Shown here in pieces: positions 51,308 through 64,000 of a stretch of 64,000 bases of DNA; the stretch's first letter is position 1; the number at the start of each line of letters is the position of its first letter. The translations under genes were made by a program, and so were the position numbers. The DNA is from Haliotis rufescens (Eukaryota), in contig NW_025963779.1 in NCBI RefSeq assembly GCF_023055435.1, positions 42,904,001-42,968,000 of the forward strand, read 5' to 3'. Under the pieces are notes generated by a model. It saw only the letters and a program-made list of their open reading frames with translations. It was not told the origin of the DNA and did no database searches.

Positions 51308-52675
51308 TCAACTGTTTGAGGGAATGAGTAAAACGAGTTTGTGAATAGGTCTTCGCAGTTCAGAGTCTTTTGTTTTCAATATGACACTCCTGGCATATCC
51401 GCTTTCATCAGCCTCAGTTCCGGTCACACGACCCATAGACAAAGTGCTTCGGGGAAGTGTATCATCTTTTATGAGCACGATATCGTTCAATTGGAAATTG
51501 CAGTTTGGAGGGTTCCATTTTTGACATTGTTGTAGTGTTACAAGATACTCTCTTTTCCAACGTGACCAGAAGACATTTGCCAGATGTTGAATGCGTCTCC
51601 AACGTTGACGTGCATAAACATCGTTTAGCTGAAATTCGCCAGGTGGGGGAATAAAAACTTTTGATTTCATCATGAGAAGATGATTTGGCGTGAGTGGACC
51701 AAGATCGTCAGGGTCACTAGCAACTGGAGTAAGAGGTCTTGAATTCAAAATTGCTTCTACCTCGCATAGGGAGGTTCTGTACATTTCATCATCCAGTTGC
51801 TGACTAAACTCATGAAGTAAATGATTCAGGACAGTGCGGACAGATCTGATCAGCCTTTCCCACACTACACCCATATGACTTGCCGAGGGTGGATTGAAGT
51901 TCCATCTAATGTCTTGCTGAAGCAGATGAGAATGTAACTTTGACTGATCCAAGTCATCTATTGCTTGACGAAGTTCCCTGGCACCGCTTTTGAAGTTTGT
52001 ACCGTTGTCACAGTGGATTTCTTTACCTGGACCTCGACGAGCAATGAAGCGCCGAAGAGCACTAATGAAGGAATCTGTGTTCAAAGAATTTGCGGTTTCG
52101 ATATGAACGGCTCTACTGACAAGGTATGTAAAAAGTGCACCATAACGTTTGACATACTTACACCCTTCTTTCACAACATGTGGCCCAAAGAAGTCAATAC
52201 CTGTAAATGTGAAAGGAGGCGCTGGGTTGACACGGTTGGCTGGAAGTTCTGACATTAGTTGTACACTTGTAGGCATTTTATATCTTCTGCATACAACACA
52301 TTTGTTGAGAACTGACCTTACAGCTGAGTTTCCGTTTGGAATCCAGTATGTTTCTCTCAAGGCAGGCCACACGTGATTACGACCTGCATGGCCAAGTTTA
52401 TCATGGATCTGTTGAATGATCAAGGTAGCTACATGACTTTTACGGGGCAAGATAATTGGATGTTTGACAAGCTCAGGCACATTTGCTTTGCTTAAACGAC
52501 CACCAACTTGCAGTAAACCATCGTTTAAGGAAGGATTAAGCTTTTGAATGGAACTGGTCTTTGGTAATTTGACATGTGCTCGGCCTCTTTCCTTTGCTGT
52601 GCTCTTCAATTGGACAAATCTAAGAATGTTTCTTTCAGCTGATGCAAGCTCTTGGATGGTGAGGGGTTCATTCAT
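51308..52675 (-). CDS. BEL/Pao integrase domain (still open)
   Basis: HDKLGH..CVVC zinc motif, GIDFFGP, HCDNGTNF, WERLIRSV, RRPIHKLVLL. Confidence 0.9.
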   Translation of the reverse strand: MNEPLTIQELASAERNILRFVQLKSTAKERGRAHVKLPKTSSIQKLNPSLNDGLLQVGGRLSKANVPELVKHPIILPRKSHVATLIIQQIHDKLGHAGRNHVWPALRETYWIPNGNSAVRSVLNKCVVCRRYKMPTSVQLMSELPANRVNPAPPFTFTGIDFFGPHVVKEGCKYVKRYGALFTYLVSRAVHIETANSLNTDSFISALRRFIARRGPGKEIHCDNGTNFKSGARELRQAIDDLDQSKLHSHLLQQDIRWNFNPPSASHMGVVWERLIRSVRTVLNHLLHEFSQQLDDEMYRTSLCEVEAILNSRPLTPVASDPDDLGPLTPNHLLMMKSKVFIPPPGEFQLNDVYARQRWRRIQHLANVFWSRWKREYLVTLQQCQKWNPPNCNFQLNDIVLIKDDTLPRSTLSMGRVTGTEADESGYARSVILKTKDSELRRPIHKLVLLIPSNS

Positions 52676-55600
52676 TGCAGTGGATTGCTTCTTCAGAGCG
52701 CTTTAGGATTGCGATTTCTTGACCTGAAGAAAAGCACAGAATCTGCGGTAAATTGCAACATCTCTTTTTAGACGATACCATGAAGAATAATGATTGATCA
52801 AAGTATCTACTGTCTCACTATCAGCATTGACAGCTTCTTCTGACTTTACCATTCCAGCGTATTCATGACAATCGGAGACTGGCCATTTGTCTTCAGGAGT
52901 TCCAAGAAACTGTGGTCCATCAAACCAGAGTGTTGACTTGAGAAACTGCTTACAACTTGAGCCTCTAGAAGAAATATCTGCTTGGTTACCTTTTGAATCA
53001 ATGTACTTCCATTGCTGGGACTCACTGTAATCTCTGATCATCTTCACACGGTTTGTTACAAAAACTGGAAATCTGTTCCCTCCTTGCTGTTATAGTGAAG
53101 AACTAATGTGGAGTCTGTGTAATAAGTGACTTTATCAATGCTGATGTCCAACTCGTGCAACAAAAACTGACCAAGTTTAACTGAAGCTTTAGATACTGTC
53201 ATTTCAAGCCTTGGAGTGGTCAGAGTTTTCAAAGGGGCTAGCCTAGTAACAGAGCAGTGTGTATGTTATCTTGGTCATCACATAGTCTAAGGTAAGCTGA
53301 ACATCCGTACCCGGTAGTACTAGCGTCAGAAAAGATGTGCAATTGTCTGGAAACAATTGTGCCAAAAGAAGAAGGCTTGAAGCAGCATTTAACAGTTAAG
53401 CCTCTTAACAATTCCAACTCTTGAAGCCATTGTTCCCATTCTCGTTTGTGCTCAGTGCTGACTTCATCAGCCCAGCCCAAGGACCTGTCCTTACATTAGT
53501 TTTGAAGGATCTTTTTGGCAAGTAGCAAGACTGGTGATACAAGGCCTTAAGGATCGTACAAGGAAGACATTGTAGACAAAATTCCTCTCCTTGTCATTGA
53601 TTTCTTCGGCAAATCTACAGAGAATTTGAAACTATCTGACTTTATATCCCATTGCATATCAAGTGCTCGTTCCATTGGAATGTCATCATAATTCAAATCA
53701 ATTGTTTGGATTTCCTTAGAACAATGTTCTGTGGGAATGGATGCCAAAACATTTTGCTGTTACTAGTAAATTTGGTAAGATTAAATCCCCTTTCTGTGCA
53801 TGCAGATTGCAAATTGGTTATCAGCTCAACAGCTACTTGGTTGTTTTCAACAGACTTGAGACAGTCGTCTACATAAAAGTTACTTTCTATGGTTTCGATA
53901 ACTTTTGCGTCATATTTTGACTTTGCATTTCTTGCAGAAGCTTTCAGTGCATAGTTTGCAATAGTGGGAGATGACACTGTTCCAAAAGTTCAAATCGCCT
54001 TTAGGCCACCACAGAAACCGGAGAAAGTCTTGTTGTTCTTTAGGCACTTTCACTTGGTGGAACATTGCCTCCACATCACCCATAAAAGCAATATCATCTG
54101 AGCGGAATCTTGTGAGGACACTAATCAAAGAGTTGGCCAAGTCAGGACCCTGTAGCAGAACATCATTAAGTGAACAACCATCAAATTTAGCATTGCAGTC
54201 AAATACGACGTGAATCTTATTTGGCCCTTTTGGGTGATAGACACCATGATGTGGTAAATACCAGGTTTTACCTTCTTGTCAGTGCAGTTTATCTTCAAGG
54301 ACCTCACAAGCATATCCTTTAAACAATATGGTGTCCATAAATTTAACATAATCTTTATGGTACCTGTCATCTTTTAGAATATTTCACTTTTGCCAAAGGA
54401 CACGCTTAAAAGCTTGTTCCCAGTTACATGGGACTTGAGACTCATCTCTAAATGGAAGAGGAATTTCAAAAAGGCCATCAACGAATTTGAGATTTTGTTC
54501 AGTGTCTTTCATAAAACGACGATCTCCAACAGAATAGCCTCGTTCGTTTGGAGTCGATCCAAGATCATGTTCGTTGAAGTCTAACTCAAACAATTTCAAA
54601 ACTGTTTCAGGGAGCAATGCATTCTTTTGACTTTTGCATTTCTTTCAGAACAATTCTATTACATACTAAAGTGTTGTTGGAAAGATTGTGTTTGAGCTGT
54701 ATTGGACCATTAATTGTCCAACCATGCCTATAAAGAACTGCAAAGGGTCCTTCACCTAGGGGTGGAACAACTTCTAATGGCAGTAACGCAAGTGAACAGT
54801 TGCTGCCTATCAGTAAACCAGTGTCAAGATTAGGCATGTGTACTTGTAATTTGTCAGAAACAGTTTTAAGATGAGAAAATTGTTTCAGTAGTTCAGGCTT
54901 TGGAATGTGATCATGATCTACGGCCATAACATCTCCGGAAAATGTACGTGGCAAATCTACGTGCTGCGTGTCGTCAAGATCTGAAACCACAAGGTCATCT
55001 ACAGCAGATGTCATGACAAAATCTATACCATTCATTGTCTGAAGCTTTAATACAGTAGGCAAACGCTTGGCACCAAGTCGATCTCGTAGATCTTCCGTGA
55101 TAAAGCAGCCTGTACTACCGTTATCCAACATGGCATATGTAGTGATAACCCGATTACTTCCCTTCTGTTTCACATTTACGTGAAGATTAGGCTGAAGAAC
55201 AGTTTCGATACAGTTGTTTGACTTTGAAGCATTACAACTTGCAGCAGCATGAACCTGTTTGACAGGAGTACATTGCTTGTTACTACTTTCAGACACTACT
55301 TCCTTTGGCTTTTTCATTGGCTGGAAGTTATTATCGTGCATAGTGGTAGGATGACATCTACTACAGGTTTTGCAAGTGCGTCTTTTCAGACAACCTTTAG
55401 CAGAGTGATTGAGGCCATAGCAATGAAACATCGGTTACTTTTCTTTAAGAAGTCACGCTTCTCGCTGAGAGACTTTTGTGCAAAGGATCTAGTCATCAAG
55501 ATCGTGAGGTTGTTTGCACAAATAACAAGTTGAAGAAAATCGTTTACCTGTGAAGTGTCGTTTCCAACTTGAGTTGCTAAACTGGTTGACTGATTCCTGT

Positions 55601-57481
55601 GAGACATCTGCTTGGGCTTGTTGTGGGTCCCCTTGTGATATAATGCATCGTGTAAGTTGGTCAAAGCTTGCTTACCGAACGTTGGTTCGTTCGCCGACTT
55701 GGCTGCAAAGCCTATGAAGTCGACCAGGTCTGGAAAACCAATGACTGGTTTCGAATCCTTGCTTGGGTTACGCGATCCCTCCACTTGGTCTGCAGATACT
55801 GTGGAAGCTTTAAGACAATTGCTTGCATATGTGGAGCATGATTAAGACCAAGCATGTGTGAAATGTTTTGCATTACATAGCAACATTTAATCAGGAGAAA
55901 GGAGAACTGTTTAGGTCCCGCATAGTCATCAATTTTCAATACGGGCCATGAAAGAATTTTGTTCAAGAATGCTGTAGAAACTTTATATGGGTCACCATAT
56001 TCTTTCATCAAGAGATCTCTTGCCTTGCTGTAGCCAGTATTTACATGCATGTAGAGACGTCCAGAAACAAGATCCTTTGCCTCTCCCTGCAACTGTTGAT
56101 CTAGGTAGTAAAGCCTATCAGCATCGGTCTGCGTGTATGGAACAATCCGGGCATCGAACGCCATCAAGAAAGCGGCATATTCAATTGGGTCACCTTTGAA
56201 CTTGCTGACTTCCAGTTGTGGTAAAAACATTGCGTGGGCCATCTGTCTTTGAGTCTCTAGGAAAACATGGTTTGATGAATGAAGTTGATTATCAGATACA
56301 CATTCATGATCTTGATCAAAGTTCATTGAAATATTCCTATTTTCTGGCAGAAAGTCATTTGCATTAGGATCTAACCTTGGTTGCGAGGAGTGATCAATGT
56401 TGTATTGTACAAGATTGGAACAAGGATTCGACAGTTGCCAAGAAGGCCGGTCAGTGCAGTGATTCGCAGGATCGGATCTTAAACTTCATCTCTGTTGTCG
56501 ACTTTACCTCAGCATCGGCAAATATTTGTTCTCTTGCACTGGTCTTGGCGATCTCCATGTCGAGCTCAAGCTCTTTCCTCTTCAACTGTGTTTTATTCAT
56601 GGATATCTGGGCCTGTGTCATCGAATGCAGCATAGCCTTTTCTGGGCGGAGCTCAGCAAGTTTCGCTTTCTCAAAAATATGAGCAGACCTAGTAGAGCTA
56701 ATGGTAGACTTTTTAGAAAATTAACTGAACGCTTAGATAGCTCACTGATTACAGAATTTTGTTTTGAAATGGATCCTCTGTTAACTTGATCAGACAACTC
56801 ACGTTCAACACGTTGGATCCAACTCACGACCAAATCCCTGAAACCATTAGCTTCATTCAGCTTAACCGCAGCATGCTGAATAGACTTCACTTTCTCCTCA
56901 GGAGTGTCAAGTTCACTGGAATAGATCTGAGAGCTATTTTCGTAACTGGAAAACAAAGCAGCAAAATTATCAAGAAAAGATTTAACTAAATGCAAATTAT
57001 CATGATTGTTCATAAGAGAAACAAGTTCATTTTTGCACTGATTCAACGCAGAAAGAGCGGCAGTATTCACTTTTGCCTTTCTCCGTAAGAATTCTCTGTC
57101 GTACTGGACGTTGTGAAGTGTCCTTATTCTCTTCACCTCCCAACATGTCCCAGTGTTCGTCCTCTTCTACAGGATTGGGAACGTCAGAGTAATCCCTCAT
57201 GTCTCTTGTAGCCATTACTCTTTAACTTTTAAGAATACAGATGTCACTTTTCAACAATTAACACCTGTTGTGCGATAAATTGCTTCACGGTTAAACGTTA
57301 AATCCCTGTACTGTTAAGCAATAAACAGTTCAAAATCAACTTCAAACGTATCCCGGACTGAAACTGATAACCGTTTTGAACAGTCTAACATGAGTGTGTA
57401 TTGGCCTCCTTTACGGACGTTGAATATACTGCAATTTTACCAAAAATTACACCCTACTGTCTGTATATTTTTCTGAACTAA

Positions 57482-58052
57482 TGTGGATGCAAGATGACAA
57501 AACTAACACTCGCATCAACAGGGTTTATTTCGTGACGTTTAACGTAGTACAGTTTATAGTTAGAGCCATGGCTTTAGGAACAATTGGTGACAGTTGATGA
57601 CAAGTTCGTGACGAGTTGGTGACGAGTTGAAGCGTCGAAAAGTTGATGAGGTTCAGAAAAATGTGTCTTTACATAGTTCAAATATAGCAGGCAGTAAGGT
57701 GAGAACCTGGCAGCATGGAGGTCCAATACACACTGGTGAGCATGTGCTTCGAAATGCATGAGCTTTGAAGAGGTCGCGACATGACCTGTGAGCTTTGACA
57801 TTGCACATGAAGGTTAAGGTCACGAGGTAGTGGAAAGTTCCTGAGAACATGTAAACATTGTATACACATATCTTAGAATTGATAAATATTACGTGGAAAT
57901 TGAACTTTAGAATATTGGTGTAAAAATAAAGTGTCTTAATCATTGGACCACCATGAATAATAAGTTAAATGAACTGTCATAATTTTAACTTGATTTCATG
58001 TCATTTCACTAACAGTTCATACTTTGAAACATTAGGAAATCTTGCATCTACA
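57482..58052 (-). repeat. BEL/Pao 5' LTR (571 bp)
   Basis: TGTGGATGCAAG...CTTGCATCTACA; direct repeat of 50639-51201. Confidence 0.95.
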
Positions 58053-58748
58053 CATGTAATATGTATCAGTGAGCTGTTATCTGAGTTCAGCATACAGCGG
58101 ACATTTTAGTAAGAAATGGTACTCATGGTCAACAGTGTTTAAATCACAAAACTAACAATTCTATGTTCTCCTAAGATCCCCATATATCTTCCCGTTTCGA
58201 TAATGAATTCGTGTGAACTACATCTGAATCTTGCAAGTGCAATTCGAAATGTTTTAGTGTTACATTACATATGTATTGCCCTCTACAGAAACTGTTTTTA
58301 AAGAGGGAATAAGTTGACAGTTTACTGGATCATGATAGGGGGAAATGTTCATATCTTTCGAAGTCTAAGTGAAAGTATCTATGAAATATCCGTGTCCTGT
58401 ACTGTCCATACATTACCACATGAATACCACATGAATAAAGCTGATGGTTAACAGCAGATGCCTAGTTAGTCTGCCCTTGTTGACCATCGACTAATAGCAT
58501 GCTATAACATTTCTTTGGGTATCTTGTTTTAGGCATTTTAACTAATTTAAACCAGTATTTTGTCAACATTCCACATTAAAGAATGTACCATAGGATATAT
58601 TTTCAATTAAGATCTTAGCTTGTACAGCAGCTTGGTTACCATGCATCTTCCATGACAATCGATTTGTAAAATATACACCCAAGTGCTTATAGAATGATAA
58701 GACATCTAATGCATTCCCTGGATGTCACCATTTTTCTCTTCTAGCTAG

Positions 58749-61700
58749 CGTAGTGTTCTTACACACGAAGAATGATTGTAGCACTGGACTGCTTGCTTGC
58801 TTGGACGAATAAATAATAGGGAACGACACGTGGTGTTCCGTCTTTGTTTATTGCCATCATTACACGGGTGGTATATACAGTAAAAAGGGAGTCCCGTGAC
58901 TTGACTGCCAAGGTAGGTAACTCTAATATCTTACACACCATCACAGCAATTGATGGCATTATATACTGAACCGCAAAAGAAACGTCACCATGGATAGATA
59001 TATGAGAAATCTTAATTGTCCAAACACTGTAAACATATTTTGAGACATATAAAAAAGATGAAATTTGGCAAAACTGATCATCAAGGCTAAAATTAAAGTG
59101 TCAAATGTTCTTAAAGTGAAACACAACACTAGTCTCTGAGAAAATGGCATCACAAGTCAGTATCTCGTGTGTCCGCCTTGGCATCAACGTCGATACCCGG
59201 AATGGATGAGGCGGCTGATGAAGGCCATAGGCACTTGAGCACTCTGGGGAACGCCTGACGCAGTTCAGCTGCAGTTGTCGGACTTGGTCGGACGTCATTC
59301 AGCAGTCTTTGAATCTCGTCCCACAGGTGCTCAATGGGATTTAAATCGGGACTGAGGGCAGGCCACTGCATGGTTCTGATCCATTCTGTTGTAGGAAGTC
59401 TCTTGTTGCTGTCGTAGTGTGAGCACGGGCGTTATCATGCTAAAACTCGTGGTTGCAGCGACGTGCAAAATGAGGTATGGCGTGTGGTCTCAAGACTTGA
59501 TCAATGTGACGAGCTGCTGTGACACCATTGCCTCTCCCTGGACCTATGTTCTGGAAGATCACAGGACCAACCCTCTGTTCAAGACCAATTCCACCCCACA
59601 ACATGATGCTCGGACCACCCCACGAGTCTCTCTCAACAACACAAGCATCCGAATAACGTTCCCTACGGCGTCGCCAGACTGTCTCTCTCTGCCATCTGCT
59701 GTTGAGATACAGTAACGGCTCTCGTCTGAGAAGAGGACTGTTCTGCAATGCTGGTGGCACCAATGCTGGTGCTGTTGCCCACTGAAGACGGTTCCGGCGA
59801 TGACGTAGTGTCAGAATCGGTCATCGGTGTGTCCTGTGACAGTGGAGGTGTCTGCTCGTCAATCGTCGACGCACGGTGTCCGCACTAATGTGTCGCTGGT
59901 GTGTCCCCATCGTCTGTCGAGCAGTTTTTTACGCAGCAGTAACAAGGCGATCTTGAAGATGCTGTCGCACAATCTGACGATCCTGACGTCGGGTGGTGAC
60001 CCTTGGTCTTTCACTACATGGTCGGTCATCTGTAGTGTTGGTGGTCTGGTACCGTTGCTGGAGCATGTATATGATCCTCACGTGGACTTGAAATGCATTG
60101 GCTACTTGCCGGGCGGTTTGTCCAGCTGGCAATCGTCTAAGGACTTGGTGTCGCTGTTTTCTTGCCAATCTTGGCATGTGGTAGCAATTCAATAACGAAT
60201 GAATGTTATCGGATCTGGGTGGATTTTTCAGGGCAAGAAATGGGGGAACGCATGTGCATTTCAATTTGCACGGAACTCATGTGCATCGCGTTACCATGGC
60301 CGTTGCCATTATGCGTTTGGGCGATCGGTTTTATTGTCTTCTTCTTTGTTTTTTTATCATCAAATTTCATTTTTCCGGACAAGGTAATGTTAAATTTTAG
60401 AAACTTTGACAAAATATACCCAGATATTCAAATGACAACTTTTCATGCAATGTTACTTTGGGTGACGTTTCTTTTGCGGTTCAGTATACAATAATGACAA
60501 TGCGTGAACTACGGATCACTGAAAATGGCAACTGTAAAATAGATGAGTAGACACATGATATTGATCATATTCAATTAATTCAGTCATACCTGGCACTTGA
60601 ACAACTTGAATTAACAACTACTAACTTAAAAGCTGATTATAACTTGTTACAAAAATTGTAGTGTGAAGTGGAATACATAGCCTTATAAGAATGACATTGA
60701 CACGAACCTACTGTGTTCGCCTGCTGTTTAGTCTTACAACCATAGTGACCTAAAACTGGTAAACACTACACTGAGATAATAGTCTTGGGTTTGACAACTC
60801 GACCCGAACGAGTAACATATTGCTTATTGGTACTGTCAATAACTTTCTGGGGACTGCGTGCTGGCGATGTGATCGGTGATTTTACAGGGTCATCTGAGGG
60901 TTTGACCTCAGGGATATCATGATAAGTTGTACCAGGTTTGTCAGTCTGGTGAACACTCATATTAGGTATGTCATTTGACACGCCTTAGTAGGTGACGTCG
61001 GTTGCAAAGACATTCTGCTCGATTGCCGTGTGAACAGTGTAAAACCTGGAATTGTGCTTCTTTGTGACAACTGCAGGTGTCCACAAGTCATTGTGTTGTC
61101 GTACACGAATTGCTTCTCCTGTTTTAAGGGACAACAAGAGCTTGGCAGTACTATCGTAGTAGTGCTTTTTTCCGATTTAGGTGTAGTACCTCCTGGAACT
61201 GAGAATCATCACAATATCCAGGCAGTAGTTTAGCACTTGGTAAAATTGCTGAGGAGCTGAGAGAGTGCTGAGCGGGTGATTTGCCTCCATTAGGGAAGTA
61301 CGGTACTCTAGAATGCCAATGTGTGGGTCTCTGCCATCTGTTTTTTGTTTGGGAAAGATGCGCTTGATGGTTTGGACAGTTTTTCAAATTTCAAATTGCA
61401 AATTTGGTTTTGTGAGGAGTATCAGGGGCCATTGTCAGATACCACCTTATCCGGTATCCCATGTCTCATGTCTCAAATACATCCTTGCCTGCTGTGAACA
61501 ATGACTACAAAATCATGGTTGTCCCATAAAAAGAAGTCTGTGGCCACAGTCTGCCAAGGACGACAGGGAATGTCATGCGATACGAGGGGCTCCTTGGGAT
61601 TAGAGTAACTTCTCTCTTGACATACAGAACAGTTGAGTACAAGGCTTGTGATGTCATTTGACATCTTGGGCCCAAACAAAATGTCACGTCGGAGGCACTT

Positions 61701-64000
61701 GTCGACTCCCATATGTCTGTTTTGAATTGTGCCAAGCTAACCTGTCCATAGGGCTTGGGTATGACGACTTTCTGACCCTTGAATATGATACTATCCATGA
61801 CGGCTTGCTGGTCTCTGAAGTCCCAGAATAAAAGCATCGTCCCTAGACATTGCTTGCTATGTTCAGGCCAACCTTCTATGATTGTTGTAGGTTTGGTTGA
61901 GTAAGGAGAACTGAGGATCAGCTTCTGTGGCTCGTCTAATATCCTCTATCTTCTTGTCACTGACAGGAACATTGGCTATTACCATATGGACATGTGCGTT
62001 AATACCTTCTGGAAGGTGCGGGTAAGTATCAGGCACAGACTTGCGTGAAAGCTGCTACTATTTCCTTTCCAGGTCTGTGTTCATCTGTAAGGTCGTACTT
62101 TTGTAGTTTCAGCATTATACACTGTAACCATGCTTGGGCGACAGCGATAGGCTTCTTCACAATAAAAATGTGAGGTTTATGATCAGACTTGACCTTCACG
62201 ACCATGCACATACTGATGGAAACGCTTACAGCCGAACAGGATAGCAAACATTTCTTTTTTAATTTGCACATAATTGACCTCTGTGGGTAACAATGACTTA
62301 AATGCACATGTGACAGACTTCCCATCATGTAAGAGAGTGGCACCAAGACCATACCGGGATGCATCAACTTTGAGCATTAGATCCTTGTCTGGGTCATAGA
62401 AGGCAAGAACTTGCCCAGGTGTCAGTGTCATGATATCTCTGATTCTCTTTATTCTCTATAACGCTGTGGACTGAGGATGATCCCAAAACAAACTCGGCAT
62501 CTATTGGAAGGAGCAGTCGCAGAGGAATGGTGATCTCGGACAGATTAGGAGCAAACTCAGCTAAATAATTCACCATTACAATACTTGTTTCCCATTCAGA
62601 GTGGTCACGTGTTGGATCCACTGAGCATAGTAGAGATCTCAGCTGGGTTTGGTCAAGATATGTCCAAAGCACTCGATCTCTGTAACGGCGACTTCAAACT
62701 TATCTTTGTTATGCTTAATACATTTGTCACGGGAGCAAGAAAGCATATTCTGCAGGTTGCGATCATGTTCATATGGTGTACGTCCGTGCACCAGGATATC
62801 ATAAACTATGGATGCAACGCAATCTAGTCCTTTTGTGAAATTTATCTTGCGCTGAACGTATCCAAAAGGGTAGTCTAAGAAATCAATAACGTCCATACCG
62901 GGTGTTGAAAGTTGTAAGAAATGAAGATGCCTCAGACAGTCTGATAGTCCAATATCCCGATCCAGCATCAAGTTGAGTGATATAACGAGCCTGAAAGAGG
63001 ATTTTAATTATGTCTTCAAGTGTTGTCATTGAGTAGTGTTGATGCTGTATAGCACAGGTAAGGTCCAATGGATCCAGGCATATGCACAGTTTCTTTGAGT
63101 GTGTCTTTTCAACGATTACTAAGGAGTTGACACATTCAGTTGGTTCATCAACCTTTGTGATAATGTTCGACTTTTCCATTCGATGAAGCTCGTCTCAAAG
63201 TCTCTTACGATGTACGACTGGGACTTTGCGTGGTGGGTGAACAAAAGGGATAGCACTTGGATCGATGTGTATGTACACTCACCTGGAAAGAACCCATTGC
63301 CCTCAAACACATCAGCATATTCTGAAAGAATGGTGCTCTTATCAAGAGGTTTTCTAGATTTCTCAACACGAAATGAACGTGCAGATTTCGATCGACAGCA
63401 GGATTTGCAAAGCAGATGTACCCTCAACTGATCGACAGATATTTTCTAAAACTTTTCATGTGTTTAATCAAGGTGTTCAATGATTTACTTCACTTTAGAC
63501 GCATTAAATGCACAATTTGTAGCTAGCAGTTTTAATTTAGTCACAAACTGATCAAAGTGAGATGACCCTTGGACTTGTACCTTGTGAAAACAGAATTCTA
63601 CTTCGCAAGACCTATACAGCCTATCAAGTGTAGTAACTCTGAAGTAACTTTTTGTCATCATCAGAAATTCCTGTCCATGTATTGTAAACATCTTTACCTT
63701 TTTCTCCCACCCAATGTAGGAAATATGAGCACTTAGATTCTTCCGATTTTTCCGCCAACGGTCTGTCGAATATCAGTTGCACATGCTCTTTAAAACACCT
63801 CCATGCATCAGGCAGGTTTGATGATTCCGAGTCCATAGATGGGATGGGGATTCCGGAAAGATCCATGACTCTTACACCCTGTAATGTTCTTACATACTAA
63901 GAATGATTGCAAAACTTGCACTGGACTGTTTGCTTGCTTGGACAAATAAATAATAGGGAACGATATGCAGTGTTCCGTCTTTGTTTATTGCCATAATTAC
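58749..64000 (-). mobile_element. Gypsy (Mag-like) LTR retrotransposon, heavily decayed; 5' LTR runs off the right edge
   Basis: 63880-64000 repeats 58749-58863 (LTRs). PBS-like GGGTGTAAGAGT precedes the gag ATG at 63866. RT LDAGSGYW and TTFNTRYGRY, RNase H VDASRYGLGA, integrase PWQTVATDFF, tail YVTRSGRVVKP. Confidence 0.9.
58964..60486 (-). mobile_element. Full-length Tc1 family A copy (1523 bp), frameshifted transposase
   Basis: Perfect 26-bp TIRs TACTGAACCGCAAAAGAAACGTCACC, TA duplication on both sides, MPRLARKQRHQ start, FSDES and PDLNPIEHLW. Confidence 0.97.

Larger units (their letters stand above)
50639..58052 (-). mobile_element. Full-length BEL/Pao LTR retrotransposon with decayed gag-pol
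   Basis: Two LTRs and a 5-bp TSD CGTGT/CATGT. Gag FKGDPIEY, protease [19 protein letters not shown] and FYVDD, RNase H LHIFSDAS, then integrase. Confidence 0.96.

Noticed and set aside
50731-57943. Duplicated short ORFs at 50731-51057 and 57574-57943
   Set aside because: They lie within the two BEL LTRs and show no coding hallmarks

Overview
Eukaryotic (animal) genomic DNA, most likely molluscan; the (CTCA)n-tailed SINE remnants suggest abalone, which is an inference. The window is mostly repeats. One host gene is recognisable on the minus strand: two phase-compatible exons (26713-26449 and 15057-14907) of an odd-skipped-related (Osr) transcription factor, whose zinc-finger exons are not in the window. 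Tandem repeats comprise a 21-bp-derived satellite family (46-bp and 42-bp arrays) and a 12-kb 33-bp minisatellite whose inverted core has nested higher-order repeats and an 8.4-kb stop-free frame. Mobile elements comprise three Tc1 families, CR1, I/Nimb and RTE-X-like LINE fragments, a DIRS relic, Helentron-type non-autonomous elements, a complete but decayed BEL/Pao element, and two Gypsy remnants, several of them nested. Two local inversions and a frameshifted 2A-like motif in the CR1 can be reconstructed from the sequence. No RNA genes, CRISPR arrays or prokaryotic systems were seen. I found no convincing new biological system; the best leads are the minisatellite ORF and an unclassified element at 21.2-22.8 kb.
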